From Podarcis vaucheri (Eukaryota), in the NCBI GenBank assembly GCA_965113315.1, contig OZ220364.1: 64,000 nt of DNA. One strand, 5' to 3'. The notes beneath the pieces were generated by a model. It did not search any database and was not told where the DNA came from. It saw only the letters and a program-made list of their open reading frames with translations. Below, piece by piece: positions 24,874-36,400 of this stretch; the stretch's first letter is position 1; each line of letters opens with the position of its first letter. The position numbers were made by a program, and so were the translations under genes.

Positions 24874-27800
24874 CAAAGCTTGTAGGAAGCACCAGCATTC
24901 CAGGGTTTCTCTCTTACCTTTCCAAATGAACAAGATTAATGGTTATCAGAATGGGGGGTGAAAGCAGTATTTGACACCCCCCACCCCATGCTCCACAGCT
25001 TTGCCCGCCTGTAGACTTAACTTGGATTTTGGGTGGGGCGGAGAGTTCGCAGGAACAGTCCCAGAGTTTGAGCACTAAATTAACAATGCTGTTTTTAATG
25101 GAGATGCTCCTTATTGATGGAAATGGTATTCCAAACTGGAGCTCGCTTTTATCTGCACAAAAGTAAAACGGAAATTTTCTTGTCCTTCAAGTGAATACAG
25201 GTTTCTCCAAAGACACACACTTGTTACAGGGAGGAAACATGGACTTGCTCTGTTGCAGTTCAGGCTGTGAGAGATGTGATGGTGAGAATTGTGAATATGA
25301 GGTTCTAGTGAAAGTTGTGAACATGAGGATTTGTTTGAGGTCAGACACAAGCAAGTTGGGAGGGTAGACACAGAGCACTTTGTTCTGTGGGGAAAGCTGT
25401 TGATTCTGTATGTGACTCTAGAGTTAATGTATGTTTGACTCCTTAGGTGACAAGTCTTTAGTTTCTGTAGACGTTGGATCCTGTTGTGCATGTTCACGTT
25501 CCCTAACTGTGTAATGGAGGGCCTCAGTCCCACCTGCATTGAAGGGGAAATCATGGACTCTTTGACCCATATACATTTCCCCTTTCCATAACTTCCCAAT
25601 GTCACCTGGTTATCCCCATCTGTTTCATGTGGGACCCTGTAGGGAATTCAGCTCTGCCACATTATGGCAATGAGAGTTTGGCAAAGGACTATGGCTTTTT
25701 CCTGTCTTTAGCCTTGGGCTGAAGAAAGGGTAATGATGTCCCATAGATAACCTCTGCCTGAAATCAGGGATGACACGTCCTTCTGGACAAGCAAGTCCTT
25801 TCCAAGGGTACCTGAAGAGTTTGGACTTCTTGCGGGTGGAGGGGCCTCTATGTTTCTCCTTTTTTAGCAAGAACTTGGTGCAGTTCCCAAACCAGCAACA
25901 GTAGGTCCTACTGGAATTTCTGCTTTCCTGTTATTTCTCACTGTTGCTGTCCTCGTCTCTCTTCATAGAACCTCAACTTTTTAAACTCTAGTTTTGTGTA
26001 GAAATAACAAGCATTCATTTTTATTTGGATCCCAGGCTGAGCAGAGTCTGGAGGCAAATTACCTTTTAACTTTTTCAATGGGCATATTCTGGTTATTACT
26101 GTACCTAGGAATATGTATATTAGATTAAACCTGTTCTGGAAACAAAAGGAGAATCCTGAGTGTGTGCTTTTCTGGTTGTATACTTACGTGGAAGGTGGAG
26201 AATGTGTTGTGGTTTCTATAGAGAGGTGTCCCAAGAGCTGCCAGTGGGTGTGGAAGCTGTTTCCTGGAGAAACCTTAGGCTCTATCACTCCAGGATAAAG
26301 CTTTTTTAAAAAATTGCTTTAATTTTCCCGATGTTGAATGTATTTCCCACATCTCACCTCGTCTCTGGCAATACAGTCTGAGACCCAACCCATACAGGAC
26401 TTACGTAGAACAGGTACTGAAATCCTTGTATCAAAGTGTGCCATCACTGTTGCGGGCGCCTATTCTGTCCTGTACAACTTCTTCCTCTGTTTCTGATTTT
26501 TAAAACAATTTCTTTTTATTTGCTTTGGTCTCCCATAGCAGGCTGAGCAGCAGTCATGTTATGAAACCAAAGTCACAACCCTAAGCTTTTTTTTATTCAG
26601 CACCTATAATACAGAAGAATGTCCCAGCACAAGACAGTGTAACTGCATCACCATTTGTCGCACTGGGTTCCTCTTAGACCAAAGCAGGGGTTTAAACCTT
26701 GATTTCAGTCCAGGCATTCAGTATAAAGGTATGTGGAAATCCTGCAGCACAGAATGATGCATTGGTGAGCAAATTCCTCACCGTATATAACTGGGCCAGT
26801 TTCCAGAGCAGGGACTAATATGACAATATAGTTCCAAATATTACATAACTCCCTGTGCTAAGAGCTGCCTTCCCAAAACTGTGTGTGGAGGGTGTTATTA
26901 CACCTGTCACTACTTTAAATTAAGGGGTAGCAATAGCACCATAGCTTTCCAGCTAGCTTCATTCTGACTGTCCTGAAAAATGGAAGGAGAAGTGAGTAGT
27001 GTCTTGCATGCAACCATCCCTATTGCTTTCTTTTAATCAAAGGCCATGAAGGATGCATGCATGGTTGATTCTGCCTTGTTTCCATTCCCTCTCCCGTCTG
27101 AGATGTGTTCTTCCTTAGCATCATATCTGATTGAAAAGTATTCCATAAGAGTGGTAGCAGGGAAATGCTGCTTGGCAGCTACCATGTGCCAAATACTATC
27201 CATGTTCCCCCTGTCTATTAACTTACCAGGAAAGCATTACACCTCTGCTTTTCATTGTACAGTGGTTTCACTTCTAAGTTCATTAAAGGCAACTGAAAGC
27301 ACCTAGCTTAAATAATTGGCTGCTTGGTTCAAATCAATATGTATAATCCAGCTCTCCCCTTAGGATTGTCAGAGTGCTGCTGTGCCCTTGGTCACCCCAA
27401 CAGACAGATTCGCCTCTAAGGCAGTCTAGTGACAGTGTCCATTAGCCATCTTGTCTCCTGACCAGGCTGCGTAGTACACCTGTCTCATCCACCCCCTCCT
27501 GATCTGAGATACCGTCCCTCCTGCATACAACTACTGATCCTAAATATTGTGAAATTTATTCAGAGTTCCCTCTATGATTGGACCTTTGTGTGTTAAGTTC
27601 ATGTCTCATCTCAAGTCACTTAGCCTTCCTTCAAGTTCTTCATTGTCATTCACTTCCAACTCTGAGCCTACCTTCAGCATTGTAGCCTCAGGCCTCCCTG
27701 TTCCTCAGATTTCTTGTATCTTGGGACTTCTGCTACCACCTGTCCCCAAGGGAGGTTCTACTCTCCTCCAAACTGACAACATCCCCCTTCCTCACAGAAG

Positions 27801-28839
27801 TAGCAATGCAAGCTGTTTGGTTCCTTGAACAACTTGAATTGTATGCTGCCACATTAACCCAACCAATTAATGCCAGAGGTTTCACTGTCTAAAGCACAAT
27901 ACAATCAGTTTGGTTAAGCAGTTGCAGTATTTTTAATCTACTGATAGGTTCCCCAGTAAATTGGTTAGCAGACTGTAAGGGGAAAAGCGATACTTTTAAT
28001 AATTAGCTTAGAACTGCAGGCAGCAAGCACCATTTTATAAGAAGCATTCTCCCTTATGACCAGAAAGAATGCTTCTTTTAAGATGTTTGATATCATGTAT
28101 GTGTGCATCATCTTTAAAACAAAGCATGCCTTTTGCTTCAGGGATATTGTTTTTACAAATATGCAAATTTTCATTAATTGATTTAATCAAGTAAAACTTG
28201 TATAGCCAATTAGTTTACATTTATTTAATTGGGTTGCATTTGCAACTTTGGAATCTTTCAAATTGATTCCTCCCTTTTGCCAGTACTCTTGATATTCTTT
28301 TTTTGGAGTTGAGCCAACTACGTGTTCCTTTGAAAGGGCCTGCCTCACTAATAAAGTTTGATGTTCCAGTAGGAAAAGATGTTATTCCTGTTAGAGGGTG
28401 GGGTTTTTTGGTAATTATTATACAAGCTGGCCTTTATTATGTTTGTTCCAGGAGGCATTGCATTCAACCTTTTATCAGATTATCTGTAGATGGGAATAAA
28501 ACTCTTGAATGCCTTATCTTAAAGGGGCAAAGCCCATAAATTATGCAGATTTAAATAGCTGAGAAGGGAGATCACAGGGAAATACGGAATTTTCTGTGAG
28601 ACAGTTCAGGACCACATTTTTTTTCTGAAAAGGCTGAGTCTGCGCTACTTACAGGTGTGGGGGGCAGAGAAGTTACAGCATTATGTTTGTTTAGCCAGGG
28701 AGCATTATGTTCATTCTGTCCCTGCAATCTGATATTGATATAGCCTGTTTCAGACCATTTCCGATGGGTCTTTAATAACAATTTCACCCTCAACTGCACT
28801 GTAAAATGTTGGACATGATGTTTCCATTTTCTCCAATCT

Positions 28840-28955
28840 TCAAACAAAGGAACAGACATAGGAAACTGACTTAGACTGAGACCATCTAGCTCAGTAGTGT
28901 TGTCTACCAGGAGAAACTTGGAACCTTTTGCAGGCAAAGCAGATACTCTACCACA
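28840..28955 (-). mobile_element. Degenerate tRNA-derived SINE fragment (same family as 57730-57870)
   Basis: gaaccttttgcaggcaaagcagatactctacc is the reverse complement of a tRNA-like head resembling tagagcacatgttttgcatgcagaag near 57736. Confidence 0.45.
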
Positions 28956-31165
28956 AGCTAACGTTGTGATACGAATGTTGTGTTTTTTCTCATCTTGTTA
29001 AATGAAGTAAAAACAAGGGTGTTAACTGAGGTAGAGTAGTAGTTAATGCTGCATTGTGGCATGGTAGGAGACAATGTTAATATCACACTCTAGCAACTTA
29101 CATGATTAGCTATACTTGGAAATCAAACTCCTTAATGAGTCTGTGGCAAGGTCTTGGTTTTTTGCTAAGGCTTGTACTTTATCAGAAATCTGAGAATATC
29201 CCTTCCCAGTTGTCCTGATGGAGATAAAGATCTTCAGTGAGCCCTTAGCTTAAGCCCTCTTCAACACTAAAGGACCCACATACTCAAGAGGCTCTGCTCT
29301 TCTTTGGGTGCAGGAAATTTCATCAAGGATGCCAGACTCCTGGAACAGTAGAGTACTTCACCTGGGAGAAAATTCCTTGTAGGCTGAAGCTAGAGGCTCG
29401 TAGACACAATACTGTACAAATTTCTGCTATAATCTACATTAATGGAATAAAAGATGAACATAAACCAAGGGACTAGGAATGACTTGCTTGGTCTCCTCCA
29501 CTGGAGTCAGGCCATTATGGCATTTGCAGCAGCTCTGAGACCCTGCAGGAAAAAGATGAAACAAAAACCTGTTCATACTAACGGAGCCATGAGGCAGGAG
29601 ATCTTGCAACAGCTTAAACATAGGCCAATTTGTTTTTAAAGCTTTAGGAATTACTATTTTCTTCAGCACACCAAGGACAATAGAAGGGTTGAGTGAATGA
29701 AATAGTTTCAAACAATTTAAGGCTATGCATAAATTTGTTAGTTCACTGTTGATACTTGGCTGTACAGAAGAGGATGAAGTTGGGTTTTGTAGAAAAGAGT
29801 TGAAATTGGCACAGCCTACTAAAATACAAGGTAAAGGTGCTAGCATGCATGATTAGAATTGTGTTCCAGCAGTGGAGCCAATCTAGTAATGTAAAACAAA
29901 TATCAGAGTCTAGGCCGAAAGGATTAAAGTCAGGAAATCTGCCCTTAGAGAAAGCCACCAGTAGACTGATAATGTAAGTAAAGCAGGATTTTGTTTAGAA
30001 ACAAAATACCAGTATCTGAGAGATTGCTTCATACTATGGATCAAGCCTAGAGCATACTCAGAAGTTTAGGATCATAAGCAGGGCAACAGCTCAAATCATG
30101 CCATGCCAACTAATGGATTCTTGGAAAGTCATGATCTAGAGTTTGTTACTTACCCAGGGCTGCTTAATAGTGCCTACAAAAGTGCCTTGCTATGAGTATT
30201 AGCATCATGTGGTAGATGTTTTATTCTTGCCCTCAGCATTATTCTGTATGTGCAAGCTGGTGCGAATGAGACACTGGTAAAAATCTATCTATTCAATTTG
30301 TCCTTTTTTCATAACAAGTGACTGTAAGCAGAATAACTATTTTTCCCTGTGGCAACATTCATAAATCAAATTGCGCCATCAAGCAGTTATCCACTTTGTA
30401 GCTTAATCTTTTGTCAGTTCCTCTATTCTGACCTTCTGGTGTCCAATTTTTGAGTTTATGAAGCAAACCTAGTAACTATATTTTGAATGTCTAATCCAAG
30501 AAGCTGAGATGGTTCCAGTACTAGCTATGAAGCACCAAGCATTTTCAAATATGGTGACAAAAAGGAACCCTCTCTGGTTTAGCTAAGTCCATAGCATTTT
30601 AGCTTTAGATGTTTATTAGCAATTGGAAATCCAGCTGTTATGCAAATATTACTTTTAATTATCAAATATTTATGGGTTAGAATCATAGAGTTAGAGGAGA
30701 CTATCTCTCTGTTCTTCATATTTCTCTGAAAATTAAAAGGCAGACACTTTGCCAAGGGCTTATGTTCAAGATAAAGTACAGTACTGATTGACTAGGTGTT
30801 GGTTCTAATTCAGAATAATCGGACATGGTGTAATATACATTATCAAAGGTGATTAAGTGTTCAAAACACTTGGTTTCAGTAATGTGGTAATCTTGCAAGA
30901 TAGGCTGATATTCATATATTACAACTGTAGCTCTGAGGTGAAGCAAGAGCCAAGGAGTGAATTTATGGCTGAGGTGAGAAACAACTGTGATATTGCAGCT
31001 TGCCGCTCATGGCTTCAGGCAACTCACTTTCCATTTGAATCTTGTTCAAACCAGAATCTCTCTTCAAATGGTTTCTCTTCTAGAAAGGAATACTGCATTG
31101 CAGCAACCATAACTTAAAAGTGTAATGAGATGGTGACAAGAGGACTTTTACCTAACCTTTACCTA

Positions 31166-31419
31166 GAGCCAGTGTGGTGTAGTGGTTAAGAGCGGTAGTC
31201 TCGTAATCTGGGGAACCGGGTTCGCGTCTCCGCTCCTCCACATGCAGCTGCTGGGTGACCTTGGGCCAGTCACACTTCTTTGAAGTCTCTCAGCCTCACT
31301 CACCTCACAGAGTGTTTGTTGTGGGGGAGGAAGGGAAAGGAGAATGTTAGCCGCTTTGAGACTCCTGAAGGGGAGTGAAAGGCGGGATATCAAATCCAAA
31401 CTCTTCTTCTTCTTCTTCT
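31166..31419 (+). mobile_element. Young full-length tRNA-derived SINE, Squam3-like, with (CTT)n tail
   Basis: A box TGGTGTAGTGG, B box GGTTCGCGTCTCC, CORE-like gctgggtgaccttgggccagtcac, (CTT)n tail; CpGs retained. Confidence 0.85.
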
Positions 31420-31899
31420 ACCTCTGATACCATCCTTCATGGAAGAAACTGCCCAAGCATTGCCTATATTCAAGGTGTTTGGTATTCTGAACCTCGTCAG
31501 TGAAGAAGCACCAGCTTCCCCGCTGGTTTGCATAGCTTTGGGTATTGGTTTGCATAGCTCTGTTTTTACCACCTTTTCAGCAACTTTAGCCCTGCCTTCA
31601 CATCCCGTTAGAGTATGTCAGTTAGGTCCAGTTTGATACGATGCAGGTGGTTGCACTGGCTCCACCAGTTGCATTGGCGGGATGTCAAGTCATTATTATT
31701 TTGTGTGGGTGAGAGGGAAATCTGACCTGATCTTTCTTTATTTCTATTTAGAAGAAACCGTTTATGTGCTCGATCGTACACTGATGTTTTTCACTGAGAG
31801 GAGCACAATTGCTACATCAAACTTTACATTTGGGGAAGCAGGCTACACCATGGTGTTGTGCTCCTCTTTGCTCTGTCCCCCTCATAAGGGACACGCCGC

Positions 31900-33420
31900 C
31901 ATAGCAGTTCAGGCAACTGACACTCGAGCTGTCCTGCCCCCTCGGTATTTAAATTCCGATGCCGCAGCTTGAAGACGTGGGATGGGGAGACTATTAATAA
32001 CAAGGCGCTGTAAAATGGTAGTCGTTGTGCCTCCTGAGCTTCCGTAGCCCGTCAGATTCGGAAGAAGTTGAATTCCTTCCAGTTTATCTCGTTGATTATT
32101 CCCCCGCCCTCAGTCCACCCCCTCCCCCGCGAGATAAAGAGGAAGTAAGCTTCTCTCTCTCTGACCAATAGGAGCAGCTGGTTGGTTCCGCCTCCTGAAA
32201 GGTGCGCAACAAGAGAAAGCGGACGCGCTGCATACTTGGGGACAATGAGTACAAATTAGTGCCCGCCGTTGCGCCGCTCCTCATGAGTGATAACCGCTTA
32301 GACCCAATGACCTCTTGGAAATCTCTAGCCGGTGCTGTTATTCGCTGACGGAACATGATTGGCATCCGCAATTGCCTTATAGGTTAACCGAAGTGGTTCT
32401 GATCGATGCCTCCCGCCTCTAATGAAATACGAGGGCTCCAGGCCTCTGTTCCCAATAGCGTGCGAGGGGGGGCGGGACTAACCGCCGTTACCGCCAATGG
32501 CTTACCGGCTAGGTGAGCGAGCGCGGCCAACAGTGTCGGGAGGCGGGGCTAGCGAGCTGCCGTTGCCGTCTGGCGCAGGAGGTAACGGGTGTGAGGAGTG
32601 TGGTTTTGTAGTGGAGCCTCCACCGCCATCATGAGCTATTCAGGTGAGCGTCGGGGGCCGGGTGAGGTGGGGAGAGAGGGCGGCCGCCTGTCGGGCGTGA
32701 GGGTGGGGGGCCGGGTTCCTCCCACCCACCGCGAGTGGGCCAAAGGGAGCGCAGGGCCCGGCCCTATGTCAACATCTCGGGGGTGGGGTCAGCAGCGCTG
32801 CCTTTCCCTTCTCTCCTGGCAACGCTGTGGTGACCCCCGTTCCCCGCGGGGGTGGGTTGCTGAGGTGTTTGCCAGGCGTCGTTTTCCCGTTGCTCCCGCC
32901 AAATAAAGAAATGGCGCGTGGGGGGCGGGGAGGTTCTTGGACGGTTTCTGGCTGTGCGCGCAGGGTGCGCCGCCCTCCTCAGCCGCCCGCCCCTCGTTGT
33001 GCGAATGGGATCGGGAAAAGGTGAATGTCAGCATTGCTCCTCTGCGCCCGCCGCCTCAGAATCGGGGTGGGAGGGAAGGAAGGAGGGATGAATCTTTGCG
33101 TCTCTGCCGTCTTTGCACACGCGCACCCCACTGCTTGGTATCTGCGAGCGGTTATAATAGGAGTGGGTGTGGGAAGGTGGCGCAGGAAGGAAAAAAAGGG
33201 GGGGGACCTTCCCCCGTGTCCGATCGGTTATGGCTTCCCTTGGAATAACTGCCATTGTTTCCCCCCTGCTGAACCACCACTTTGGGATTTAGAAAGGCTA
33301 TTTGCCAAAGAGGAGTTGCTTTCTAAATAAAATAAAATAAAAACGCGAACGTGGCATGTCCACTTGAATCCTAGCTGCCCGCTATTCGTTTAGGTTTATG
33401 CATGCGCGATGTTATACGGT
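31900..33420 (+). promoter_or_regulatory. CpG island promoter of AKAP8L with CCAAT and GC boxes
   Basis: CpG-rich; CCAAT/ATTGG near 32165, 32304, 32358, 32452 and 32494; GGGCGG at about 32470 and GGCGGGGC at about 32542; Kozak-like ccgccatcATG at 32631. Confidence 0.85.
32631..32643 (+). CDS. AKAP8L: AKAP8L exon 1 coding part (MSYS G)
   Basis: ATGAGCTATTCAG|GTGAGC. Confidence 0.92.
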
Positions 33421-36400
33421 TATCTGAACTTGCGGTGTCAACATTTGCCTTTCTAGCCCTTTGGTTATGTAAGTGTGGAACCAAATCTATTTCATAAAAT
33501 ATGAGGTAGTCTCTTCATTATCAGTATGGTTGCCCAGCTACAGATGGAATTATATACAATTAAAATAGTCTGGCACCTGTGCCCCAGTGCGTGTTAGTGC
33601 ATACTGAAGACAAACCTGACTGATTTTTGTCTGAAAACTTAAAAAACTCATTTTTGTCTGAAAACTTAAAAAAACAAACCCAAACAGTTTGCTGGCTACT
33701 TTGGACAGCTTTGGTGCATTTAGAAGTGATATAAATTCTTCAATGGATCACTTGCTAAGTCCCATATGTGACAGTCATGCAGGTGGTATTCATTCCCTCA
33801 GCATGTACCATGGTCAATATTTTTCTCAGTCATTAATTTTATCAAAGGTAAAGGTAAAAATAGAGTATGGAGTTCTCTCTTAAAGGTACCGGTAGTTCTT
33901 AACCCTTACCACCCACATAAGATAGTAGCTTCTCCCAGTTCTCACCTGAGATCTTTCCTTTCTCCTCCCAGCCTCTCACTCTGGGAGACCAACATTTCCC
34001 TGATCAATATTTTTCTAACTAACCTCAATTAGTCATAATTTTGGCTTCAAATGTTTGAGTAGGGACTTGATACTGGAATGTGAGAAGCATGGGTGCTGTC
34101 CAGCTGCATGTCTGGAGTTCTACTTGCACAATGGGACTTCCTCCGCCTCCACATCTTCAAAATCTACTCTGGAGCATCCTCTGGAGGAGATTCTGAGGGT
34201 GGGGGGATTGCAGGGGAGAGGAGGGGGAAGTTCTGGTGTGCAAGCAGAAGTCTACTGTGCTAGTGAAATAGCAGTACTGGAAATACTGTAATACTATATT
34301 TCTGTGAAGTTTTGACACATTATCTTTGTTCTGAAATAAAGATACTTTAGATTTTAATGATATGCCTAATTTGATGATTATCTGAGGAGTTAATCACTCC
34401 TGTTTTGATTTCAAATGGGTTATGATAGTTAAATGGAAAAATTTATTAGTGAGCAAGGTGCCGGGCTTACTTTGCACCAGGAATTGAACACCAGGAATAC
34501 AAATGGGTGAAAGCATATGTAGTGTGTTTCTCACTGTGAACAGAGTGCTCCTGAGTAAAAGCAGTCATCCCCTTACTTGAACAAATTAAGATTGTGGGCA
34601 AAAATGCTGAGCCACAATCACATACATACATACATCAAGTAAAGTCCATTGAACTCAATAGGTTTACTTCTGAGATGTGCACTGTTAGTGGCCGTTTGTA
34701 GTGGCTATACAAGTTACTTGTACTGATTCTGATGTACTATAGGAGTTGTATTCTGTGTCCGCTAAATGGCTACAAAAGTTCTTGTGCCTCACAATATTGC
34801 TGTGTCTTCTGGAGAAGTGCAGGTCCCTTAAGGTCTAATTCATCTTTCAGTAAATATATTTTTGATTAATTATACAAATCTAGTTGTTCAGAATTGGTGT
34901 CTTTTTCATCTTTAGTAAAAGGACTGTGTGCTAGGTTTCAGAGGACTACTGTTCTGGTAGTAGTTCAACCTCTTTATAGGAGATTGTAGCAGTGATACAT
35001 GCTTTACAGCTAGCCGTTGTAGCTCTTTGCTCCTTGTGGACTTTGATTCCTTTTAGAAGGGTAGTGTTGGAGTTAAAAGGCCTTAAGCAGCAGAGTTCTG
35101 AATTAGTACCTAAGTAGTAGTTATTGCTGCTTCAAGGTCAGTGCATTGTCATTTATAGTCTTGGTTTATGGAGAAGAGGGTGTCTGTTTATGTGCTCCTT
35201 CACACCTTCTGTGGGAATTCCCTATTATCCCCTTTTACCATGGTTCACCATTATGTGATTGTTAGTGATTCTGCTAATGGATGTTCCAAGGAAATAATGC
35301 TTAGGCGCTCCCTTAGTAACAGTTACACAAAATAAATGAGGGTAGAGAAGGGATGATGTGTGAGATGGGAGAGACAAGGAGCATGTGATCCTGTGGCCTA
35401 CTCCTGATCTCTAAACTATAGTTGTATGTTGCATATATACTGGCCTACAAATGATTACTCACTCCCTAATATTCCAAGCTAATGTAAATTAGCAATACAG
35501 TGGTGCCTCGCAAGACGAAAATAATCCGTTCCGTGAGTCTCTTCATCTAGCAGTTTTTTCGTCTTGCGAAGCAACCCTATTAGCGGATTAGCGCTATTAG
35601 CGGATTAGCGGCTATTAAAGGCTTAGCGGCTAAAAGGCTATTAGCGGCTTAGAAAAAGGGGGGGAAGTGGGGAAAAATCGGAACACTCGCAAGACGTTTT
35701 CGTCTTGCGAAGCAAGCCCATAGGGAAATTCGTCTTGCGAAGCAGCTCAAAAACGGAAAACCCTTTCGTCTAGCGGGTTTTCCGTCTTGCAAGGCATTCG
35801 TCTTGCGGGGCACCACTGTAATCCTTTTCTTATTTACTTCTGGTCAGAGTGCTTTGAAATAGAGATTTCACTGGATGCAGTTGAACTTGTAATCCTTATG
35901 CTATTGATTTAAACAGGATTGATTCATGACATTATCTTTGAGCCTATTTTTGTCTGTGTAGTAGTCCCCACCATTTGGGCAGGTGAAGAAGGTCTGAAGG
36001 GGATATTGATATATATTTTCAGCAATGTCCTTATGAATGCTAAGTAATTCTGTCTGAGCCTTACTTTTATCAGACCACAATAAAGTAATTAAAAACAATT
36101 ATCCTAGTCTTGTGCCAGTTTGAGAATTTTCATGCACATGAGTATATGTGTGCTGTAGAATGTGTAAGAGATTCATGACAGAAATGAAAGAGAAACTTTT
36201 AGATAAAGTTGGAATACTGAGGGCAATGTTGACAGGAGGCTGAGGGATGAAAAATGTGCATTTGAAATGGCTTAAACAACCTTTTATTAATTGATAGTAT
36301 TTTTAATTTAATAAACTATAAATTGAAAAATGAGATGCCATAGGTTACTAGTGGGATACATTCACAAGATGTTGCAGGCTGATAGGTCTCAGTAGCTTTG

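Noticed and set aside
27300-27830. Hidden minus-strand coding exons downstream of WIZ
   Set aside because: Hand translation gives only short stop-interrupted frames with no recognisable homology.
24874-28360. Exact WIZ poly(A) site
   Set aside because: Candidates (ATTAAA 27282, AATAAA about 28350) cannot be distinguished from sequence alone, so no terminator was annotated.
31166-31240. tRNA gene
   Set aside because: The A/B boxes belong to a SINE head that continues into a CORE-like body and (CTT)n tail.
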